44,173 bases of DNA, taken from assembly GCA_027310225.1 (NCBI GenBank), contig DAIDBG010000057.1, positions 1 to 44,173 of the forward strand, in the 5' to 3' direction. This document shows positions 38,189 to 44,173 of the stretch, in pieces. The stretch's first letter is position 1; each line of letters opens with the position of its first letter. The position numbers and the translations under genes were made by a program. Source of the DNA: a bacterium. Lineage in GTDB: Bacteria; Pseudomonadota; Gammaproteobacteria; Burkholderiales; SG8-41. The notes beneath the pieces are model-generated. The model did no database searches, was not told the origin of the DNA, and was given only the letters and a program-made list of their open reading frames with translations.

Positions 38189-38836
38189 TTACTTGAGGTG
38201 CCGCGCTATGGCGGCACCAATCAGCTCGCCCAGCCGCTTGAGATAGAGCGTACCCATCTCGGGATAGAAGCGCTGCGGATCCTCGCTCGCCAGCGCGAGC
38301 AACCCGAAGGTCTCGTGGTCGCGCAGCGGCACGTACGAGAATGAGCGCAGGTGGGCGCCCGCCTCGCCGAACAGCCCGGCCGTGTCCGCCATGGCGCGGC
38401 CGCTGCAATAGGGGTGGGTGAGACTCATCACGAACTCGCGCAAGGCGTCGCTCACCGGCCCGAACTCCGGCAGCCCGGTCTGGTCGTTGGCGCGCCACAC
38501 CCGCAGCGTCACGTGCGGCACGGCGAAGTCCTCGCACAAGTTGAGATAGACGGCGTTCAACACGCCCCCGATATCGGCTGCCGCGACGAGTGCGACCGAA
38601 ATGCGGTGTACCTTGTCGCTGATCGCGTCGTTCTCCTCGCCGAACTGGATCACTTCCCGCAGCTTGCCTTCGAGCTGCTTGCTTCTTTCGCGCAGTGTCA
38701 GGATTTGCCGCTCGCTGATCGAAACCGCGCGCCCGCCGTGCGGGTGCGGAATGTAGACTTCCGCCAGCATGTCGGCATAGTGCTCGAAGAATTCCGGGTG
38801 TTCCCTGAGATAGCTTGCGACCTCTTCCGGTTTCAT
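38189..38836 (-). CDS. DUF484 (YigA) family protein
   Basis: MKPEEVASYLREHPEFFEHYADMLAEVYIPHPHGGRAVSISERQILTLRER, and its conserved position between dapF and xerC. Confidence 0.85.
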   Translation of the reverse strand: MKPEEVASYLREHPEFFEHYADMLAEVYIPHPHGGRAVSISERQILTLRERSKQLEGKLREVIQFGEENDAISDKVHRISVALVAAADIGGVLNAVYLNLCEDFAVPHVTLRVWRANDQTGLPEFGPVSDALREFVMSLTHPYCSGRAMADTAGLFGEAGAHLRSFSYVPLRDHETFGLLALASEDPQRFYPEMGTLYLKRLGELIGAAIARHLK

Positions 38837-38848
38837 CGTTCTCCCTTA

Positions 38849-38934
38849 ATGAGTTGGCAGGTGGCGACGGGCGGCGATTCGATACGGTCGCTCCCCTCAC
38901 GCCGAGAACCGCAGCCCGATAGCCGCCAACTCAT
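38849..38934. repeat. Long-range inverted repeat bracketing the dapF-DUF484 gap (not heptad-based)
   Basis: ATGAGTTGGC (38849-38858) is the exact reverse complement of GCCAACTCAT (38925-38934). The latter contains the dapF stop codon, and the former ends 12 nt before the DUF484 ATG, next to AAGGGAG. Confidence 0.6.
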
Positions 38935-39761
38935 AATTCCATCTCTCCTTCGAACACGGTAACGGCGGGGCCCGTCATGATGACCGGCTGTCCCTCGCCC
39001 GCCCATGATATACCGAGGTTGCCGCCGCGCGTGCTTACCGTGAGGCGCCGTTCGAGCAGGCCGCGCGTGATGCCCGCGACCGCCGCGGCGCAGGCGCCGG
39101 TCCCGCAGGCGAGCGTCTCGCCCGCGCCGCGCTCATGGACGCGGAGCCGGATGTGGTCCCGGTTGATGACCTGCGCATAGCCCGCGTTCACCCGTTGCGG
39201 AAAGCGCGGGTGGCGCTCGATCAACGGCCCTTCGGTCTCGACCGGGGCGCGCTCGACGTCGGGCACGAACTGCACCGCGTGCGGGTTGCCCACCGACAGC
39301 GCGCTGATTTCCAGCCGCCTGCCGTTCACCTCGAGCTCGTAGGTCAGCGCCCGCCGCGGGGCGGCGAAGGGTATGCGCGCCGGCTCGAACTCCGGCACGC
39401 CCATGTTCACCGTCACCCGCCCGTCGTCCTCAAGCCGCGGCACGATCACCCCGCCGCGCGTGCCGACCCGGATTTCGGTCTTGGTGGTGAGTCCCCGGTC
39501 CCGCACGTAGCGCACGAAACAGCGCGCCCCATTGCCGCACTGCTCCACCTCGCCTCCGTCGGCATTGAAGATCCGGTAGTAGAAGTCGGTATCGGGCTGG
39601 CGCGACGGCTCGACCTGGAGAATCTGGTCGCAGCCGATCCCGAGATGCCGGTTGGCGATCAGGCGCAGCTGTTCAGGGGTCAGGCTGAGCGGGCGGGCAC
39701 TAGCGTCCAAGACGACGAAGTCGTTGCCTAGACCATGCATTTTAGTGAATTTTAGACGCAT
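38931..39761 (-). CDS. dapF: Diaminopimelate epimerase
   Basis: [19 protein letters not shown]...[17 protein letters not shown]...ACGTGACAAA carries both catalytic Cys motifs. Confidence 0.95.
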   Translation of the reverse strand: MRLKFTKMHGLGNDFVVLDASARPLSLTPEQLRLIANRHLGIGCDQILQVEPSRQPDTDFYYRIFNADGGEVEQCGNGARCFVRYVRDRGLTTKTEIRVGTRGGVIVPRLEDDGRVTVNMGVPEFEPARIPFAAPRRALTYELEVNGRRLEISALSVGNPHAVQFVPDVERAPVETEGPLIERHPRFPQRVNAGYAQVINRDHIRLRVHERGAGETLACGTGACAAAVAGITRGLLERRLTVSTRGGNLGISWAGEGQPVIMTGPAVTVFEGEMEL

Positions 39762-40187
39762 TTATCTGCAATATCTCCGATAATCCATGTAGATACAGCG
39801 ATCCATGATCACTGTCATCCCTGCCTGCCGGGCCCGCTCCGCAGCCGGTCTGTTGACAATACCCTCTTGAATCCAAATGGCTTTTAGTCCGAGTGCCAGG
39901 CATTCGTCCACTACGCCGTCCAAGTACTCGGCGCGCCGGAAGACGTTCACAAGGTCTATCGGCGCCGGCGCATCCGCCAGCCGCAGGTAAGCCTTCGCTC
40001 CCAGCACTTCCCGGGCTGCCGGGTGTATCGGGATGATGGTATAACCGAATCCCTGCATCGCCTGCGCAACCCCATGGCTGGGACGAGCCGGGTTCGGCGA
40101 GAGACCAACTACGGCGATGCTCTTCACGCGCCTGAGGAGCGCACAGCGTTCCTCGACGCCCGGATTTTCGAACGTTCCGGAACTCAT
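39762..40187 (-). CDS. CoA-binding domain protein (YccU/CoA_binding_2 family)
   Basis: IAVVGLSPNPARPSHGVAQAMQGFGYTIIPIHP....VLG.KAY..L......IDLVNVFRR is the typical family pattern. Its stop codon directly abuts the dapF ATG (TAAATG). Confidence 0.8.
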   Translation of the reverse strand: MSSGTFENPGVEERCALLRRVKSIAVVGLSPNPARPSHGVAQAMQGFGYTIIPIHPAAREVLGAKAYLRLADAPAPIDLVNVFRRAEYLDGVVDECLALGLKAIWIQEGIVNRPAAERARQAGMTVIMDRCIYMDYRRYCR

Positions 40188-40225
40188 CTCAAAATCTCTG
40201 TGGCTAACGTATCCAGGGAATGATT

Positions 40226-40774
40226 TTATCGGCGTTCATCGGTGGTTTCGATTGCTTTCTCCATGAGGTAGTCGTCCATGATAAAACCGCCGCCGATGTC
40301 CTTCACCGCGGCGCCGGCGATGCGGAAACCGTGCTTGAGATAGGCGGCGATGGCCGGCCGGTTCTGCCTGTTGACCGCGAGCGTGAGCCTGCTGCAGCCT
40401 TGCGCGCGAGCCACGCTGGCGGCACGCGCGATCAGCATGCCCCCGCAACCCTGGCGCTGGCGGTGCTGATGCACGTAGAGTTTGTCGAGCTTCATCTCAC
40501 CCGGCACGCCGGTGAGGAAATAGGACGAAAACCCCGCCATCTCCCCGTCCACCAGCAGCTTGTCCCACCAGATGTCGCCGCGCCGCAGCTCTTCACGCAT
40601 GACCGCCGGATCGTAGCGTTGCGCGAGCATGTATTCTATCTGCGCCGCGCTGATGATGCCGGGATAATGCGCGCGCCAGATATCCCCTGCGAGCGCGGCG
40701 AGCCGCTCGACGTCCTCCGAAGCAAGCGGCTCGATACGCACTGGATTCCGGACATTGCTGTGCTTCCCGCTCAT
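40226..40774 (-). CDS. GNAT-family N-acetyltransferase
   Basis: 182 aa with the acetyl-CoA binding motif region LYVHQHRQRQGCGGMLIARAASVARAQGCSRLTLAVN..N..AIAAYLKHGF. Confidence 0.8.
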   Translation of the reverse strand: MSGKHSNVRNPVRIEPLASEDVERLAALAGDIWRAHYPGIISAAQIEYMLAQRYDPAVMREELRRGDIWWDKLLVDGEMAGFSSYFLTGVPGEMKLDKLYVHQHRQRQGCGGMLIARAASVARAQGCSRLTLAVNRQNRPAIAAYLKHGFRIAGAAVKDIGGGFIMDDYLMEKAIETTDERR

Positions 40775-40872
40775 TACCCATCACTCCGCGCCCGCAATAG
40801 TGCGATTTTTCCGGGCAGCCGCGCCGTGAATCGCTTGGGAACCGCAGGCATCGCCGGCGTCTCCAGCACATG

Positions 40873-41982
40873 TTACGCCCGCGTCGCTGGCACCGCAGAG
40901 AGGAGCGCATTGCATACGTGGTGGATTGCTTCTTCCGTGAGCTGCGGATAGATCGGCAACGACAGCACTTCGCGCGCGGCCTGTTCGGCGGCAGGGCACG
41001 AAACGCTCCGGCGCACGCTCGCGTACGCCGGCTGGCGATAGAGCGGCAGGGCATAATAGACCGCGCTCGCCACTCCTTGCGCAGCAAGCCGCTTCCGCAC
41101 GGCGTCGCGCGCGGCCGAGCGAATCGTAAACTGGTGATAGACATGCGCCCCCCGGCCGTGTTCCGCCGGTAATGCGAACGGCCCGCCTGCGAGCAGCCGG
41201 CGGTAGGCCGCCGCATGCCCCCGGCGGCGCTCGTTCCAGCGCGTCACGTGCCGCAGCTTCACGCGCAAAATCGCCGCTTGCAGCTCGTCGAGCCGGCTGT
41301 TATAGCCGACAGTTTCATGCTGGCCAGCCGTACGGCTTCCATGATGGCGCAGCATCCGGATGCGATCGGCCAGAACGGGATCGCCGGTGGTGACCATGCC
41401 GCCATCGCCATAAGCGCCCAGATTCTTGGTGGGGTAAAAGGAAAAACACCCCGCCTCGCCCCAGGCACCTGCGCTTTTGCCCGCGAAATCCGCGCCGAAA
41501 GCCTGGGCGCAGTCCTCGATCATGGCGAGTCCCCGCCTGGCGCAGATGGCGCTGATCAGCTCGAGATTTGCGGTGTGACCGTACAGGTGCACGACGATGA
41601 CCGCGCGCGTTCTCGGGGTAATCGCCGCCTCGAGGCTCGCCGGATCGAGGTTGTAGGTCGCAGGATCAATGTCGGCGAACACGGGGCGCGCGCCAGCGTG
41701 CGAGACGGCTTCAGCGGTCGCGATGAAAGTGAACGCTGGCACCACGACCTCGTCGTCCGCGCCGACGCCGGCAGCGCGCAGCACCAGGTGCAAAGCGTCG
41801 GTTCCGGAGGCGACCGCCACCGCATGGGGAACGCCAATGTATTCGGCCACCTCGCGTTCCAGCGCGGCGACCTGCGGGCCGAGGATGAAATTTCCCGCGG
41901 CAAGCACCTCGCGAATGGCGGCCATGAGCTCTGCTTCCAGCTCCCGATACTCCGCGGCGAGATCCAGCATCAGGATGTTCAC
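40873..41982 (-). CDS. DegT/DnrJ/EryC1/StrS-family PLP-dependent sugar aminotransferase (GnnB/WbpE-like)
   Basis: FILGPQVAALEREVAEYIGVPHAVAVASGTDALHLVL...VVVPAFTFIATAEAV...SFYPTKNLGAYGDGG has the catalytic Lys in YPTKNL. It overlaps the upstream oxidoreductase gene by 4 nt. Confidence 0.85.
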   Translation of the reverse strand: MNILMLDLAAEYRELEAELMAAIREVLAAGNFILGPQVAALEREVAEYIGVPHAVAVASGTDALHLVLRAAGVGADDEVVVPAFTFIATAEAVSHAGARPVFADIDPATYNLDPASLEAAITPRTRAVIVVHLYGHTANLELISAICARRGLAMIEDCAQAFGADFAGKSAGAWGEAGCFSFYPTKNLGAYGDGGMVTTGDPVLADRIRMLRHHGSRTAGQHETVGYNSRLDELQAAILRVKLRHVTRWNERRRGHAAAYRRLLAGGPFALPAEHGRGAHVYHQFTIRSAARDAVRKRLAAQGVASAVYYALPLYRQPAYASVRRSVSCPAAEQAAREVLSLPIYPQLTEEAIHHVCNALLSAVPATRA

Positions 41983-42941
41983 ATCGGCTCCCCGCCGACA
42001 GCCGAGGACATGCTCGCAAGCCTGGCGTCAATCATGCGCCGGATCTTCAGCGCCAGCGCCAGCGCCCGGCGGCCGTCCGCTCCCGATACGTCCGGCGCCC
42101 GCCCCTCGCGCACCGCTTCAATGAACGACCGGATCGAGGCGCCCAGCATGTCCACCCCGGGGAAAGTGCACTCTTCCTCCACCACGGCCGCGCCCGCGGG
42201 TCGCCGCACGATCCGTAACCGCGCGCTGTGCAGATCCGCAGAGACATACAGGTCGTGCCCGAACGCGCGCAACTTCCTGACCGGGGCCTGGCTCACGCGG
42301 CTTGCCGAAAGGTTGGCGACCTGCCCCCCGGCGAACTCGATGCGCGCATTGGCGATGTCCACTGAGTCGGTCAGTACCTTGAAGCCACACCCGGATACCG
42401 AGACGATGTCGTTCGGCACCATCGCAAGCACCAGGTCGATGTCGTGAACCATGAGGTCGAGCACGACATCCACGTCGGCGCCGCGCCCTTGGAAGCCGGC
42501 GAGGCGTTCGGCTTCGACGAAAAGCGGCCGCGCCAGCAGCGCACGGAGTTCAGCAAAGGCCGGATTGAAGCGCTCGAGATGATCCACCGCGAGGCAGATC
42601 CGGCGCGAAGCGGCCTGCGCGACCAGGGAGTCAGCCTCCTCAAGCGTGCGGGCGATCGGCTTCTCGACGAGGACGTGTACACCAGCCGCAAGGCAGTCGC
42701 GCACCACGGCATAATGCGCCTCACTCGGCACGGCGACCGAAACGAGATCGGCAGCGGGAAGCAGTTCGCGGAAGTCCTGCGTGGCCCGGCAGCCGTGCCT
42801 CGCCGCAATTCTGTTGGCGCGCGCCGCGACGACGTCGGCGACGCCGATCAACTTCACGCCGTCGCATGCGGCGTACTTCTCGGCGTGCAGGCTGCCGAGA
42901 TATCCGGCCCCGATGACCGCTGCGTGCAGTTCTTTCATCAC
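41979..42941 (-). CDS. Gfo/Idh/MocA-family NAD-dependent oxidoreductase (GnnA/WbpB-like)
   Basis: N-terminal Rossmann fold MMKELHAAVIGAGYLGSLHAEKY and the EKP motif (VLVEKPIA). It is translationally coupled to the aminotransferase. Confidence 0.8.
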   Translation of the reverse strand: MMKELHAAVIGAGYLGSLHAEKYAACDGVKLIGVADVVAARANRIAARHGCRATQDFRELLPAADLVSVAVPSEAHYAVVRDCLAAGVHVLVEKPIARTLEEADSLVAQAASRRICLAVDHLERFNPAFAELRALLARPLFVEAERLAGFQGRGADVDVVLDLMVHDIDLVLAMVPNDIVSVSGCGFKVLTDSVDIANARIEFAGGQVANLSASRVSQAPVRKLRAFGHDLYVSADLHSARLRIVRRPAGAAVVEEECTFPGVDMLGASIRSFIEAVREGRAPDVSGADGRRALALALKIRRMIDARLASMSSAVGGEPM

Positions 42942-42978
42942 GAGAGGATTTTCCTCCGGCCCGTTCCCTGCGACAAAG

Positions 42979-43848
42979 TCAGTAGAAACGCGCCTCGCCC
43001 GGCGGCCGGGTTTTGAAGCGTTTGTGCAGCCAGAAGTATTGCTCCGGCATCTCCAGAACGCGTTCCTCGATGAATGCGTTCATGCGCCGCGTATCGCGCT
43101 CGACGTCATCGCTCGGAAAATCGCGCCACGCCGGGTGGAAGGTAAGCACATAGCCATTCCTTCCCGGCAGCTGGCGCGTCACCGCCGGCACCACGACGGC
43201 GCCAGCGAGGCGCGCGATACGCGCAAGCCCGGTGACGGTCGCCGCCGGCACCCCGAAGAACGGGACAAAGATCGAGTCACGGGGGCCGAAATCCATGTCC
43301 GGCAGGTAGTAGAACGGCAAGCCGCGCTGCAGCGCCCGTACCACCGGCCGTATGCCCTCCTGCCTCGAGTAGAGCTCGGGGACCACGAAGCGCGTGCGGC
43401 CGCGATAGAGGATTGCGTCAACATCGGGATTCTTCTGATGGCTGTAGACCGACACCAGGGGAAATTCGGTGGTCAGCCGCACCCCGCCCATATCGAGCCC
43501 GATAAAATGGGGCGCGAGCCAGATCACCGGTCGCCCGGCCACAGCCTGCCAGTGCTCCAGTCCCTCGACGCGCACCAGGCGCTGCACCCGTTCCCTGGAG
43601 GACCACCACAGAATGCCGTGCTCGACGAGGCTCCTGCCGAAAGCCTGGAAATGGCGGCGGGCGAGCTGCCTGCGCTCGGCTAAGCTGCTCTGCGGAAAAC
43701 ATAATTTCAGGTTGGTGAGTGCTACCTCGCGACGTTCACGCCCGAGCGCATAGAGCGTGAAACCAAGCGCGCGCCCGAATGGGGCGAGGAGCGCGAGCGG
43801 CAGGAAATGCAGCAGCCAAATGACGGCGAGTGCGAATCGCGTCAGCAT
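42979..43848 (-). CDS. lpxL: Lipid A biosynthesis late (lauroyl/myristoyl) acyltransferase, LpxL/HtrB family
   Basis: NLKLCFPQ...VIWLAPHFIGLDMGG (the HX4D-type motif region)...QYFWLHKRFKTRP. ATG at 43848 (MLTRFALAVIWLLHFLP); the upstream ORF extension to 44151 crosses the preceding gene's 3' end. Confidence 0.85.
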   Translation of the reverse strand: MLTRFALAVIWLLHFLPLALLAPFGRALGFTLYALGRERREVALTNLKLCFPQSSLAERRQLARRHFQAFGRSLVEHGILWWSSRERVQRLVRVEGLEHWQAVAGRPVIWLAPHFIGLDMGGVRLTTEFPLVSVYSHQKNPDVDAILYRGRTRFVVPELYSRQEGIRPVVRALQRGLPFYYLPDMDFGPRDSIFVPFFGVPAATVTGLARIARLAGAVVVPAVTRQLPGRNGYVLTFHPAWRDFPSDDVERDTRRMNAFIEERVLEMPEQYFWLHKRFKTRPPGEARFY

Positions 43849-44008
43849 GGGTAGCCGAATGGCGCACCGATACGCGTGAGCCAGGGATAAAAAATCAAAT
43901 GAGGACTCGCCGTCATAAATTGGCAATCGATTAAACGCCGAAGCGAACTTGCCCCATGATGGGAAATCCGAGCCCTCACTGGTTATTTTGTGACATGGCA
44001 TTATTCCT

Positions 44009-44173
44009 TCAAAATTCCGGCGGCTTCGCCCCCGCCGGAATTTTGTAGCGGTTGTAGCTCCATAGGTACTGCGCGGGGCAGCGCCGGACCTGTGTCTCGA
44101 TGGCGCGATTGAGCGCCGCTTCGTCGAGTCGCGCAGCCGGCAGCTCCTCAAGGTGCAGGCGATAGCCGCGCCC
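44009..44173 (-). CDS. Second LpxL/LpxM-family lipid A acyltransferase, C-terminal 54 codons only (the 5' part lies beyond the right edge)
   Basis: My minus-strand translation from the window edge is GRGYRLHLEELPAARLDEAALNRAIETQVRRCPAQYLWSYNRYKIPAGAKPPEF*. The QYLWSYNRYK motif is typical of this family's C-terminus. Confidence 0.7.
   Translation of the reverse strand, partial: GRGYRLHLEELPAARLDEAALNRAIETQVRRCPAQYLWSYNRYKIPAGAKPPEF
44011..44044 (-). terminator. Hairpin with flanking A/T tracts overlapping the end of the partial lpxL paralog (possible bidirectional terminator)
   Basis: AAAATTCCGGCGG-cttcgccc-CCGCCGGAATTTT is a 13-bp palindromic stem. On the minus strand it is followed by TTTT and the TGA stop. 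Confidence 0.45.

Noticed and set aside
42979-44151. 390-aa ORF-track version of lpxL
   Set aside because: The first 101 residues cross the AT-richer intergenic region and the 3' end of the neighbouring lpxL paralog. The family N-terminus with its TM helix (MLTRFALAVIWLLHFLP) starts at ATG 43848.

Overview
High-GC (about 65%) chromosomal segment with betaproteobacterial-type synteny, made almost entirely of core housekeeping genes. In order: metE (partial) divergent from metR; a ferritin-like/VIT1 iron transporter; a Bcr/CflA MFS pump; comM/yifB; ubiK; a porin-glnK-amtB nitrogen operon with a sigma54-type promoter; gshA-gshB; a permease-less PTS (EIIA-Man, ptsH, ptsI); metX-metW; a decayed toxin-antitoxin pair; a FAH-family hydrolase; ampG; xthA; pyrE; a DUF4124 protein; gatCAB; mreBCD-mrdA-rodA-rlpA; an XRE regulator plus a PAS-GGDEF cyclase; zur-ZIP-tonB; yidD; rlmI; the dapF-DUF484-xerC operon; a CoA-binding protein; a GNAT; a GnnA/GnnB-like oxidoreductase/aminotransferase pair; and two lpxL-type lipid A acyltransferases (the second partial). 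I found no rRNA, tRNA, CRISPR array, transposase, phage block or recognisable defence system, so I cannot support a claim of a novel protein-based system here. The most unusual signal is non-coding. Long imperfect palindromes built from tandem 7-nt units fill the intercistronic gaps of several core operons (ptsH-ptsI, gatC-gatA-gatB, mreB-mreC, rodA-rlpA, xerC-rlmI, yidD/rlmI). They usually begin at or next to the upstream stop codon and end just before the next start. In two cases they appear to be captured into the N-terminal coding sequence. Secondary points are the pseudogenised ParE/RelE-type TA pair, a possible riboswitch/attenuator leader abutting the metX start codon, and a possible GlcN3N-type lipid A pathway. 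All calls come from reading the sequence and ORF translations; no database search was run.
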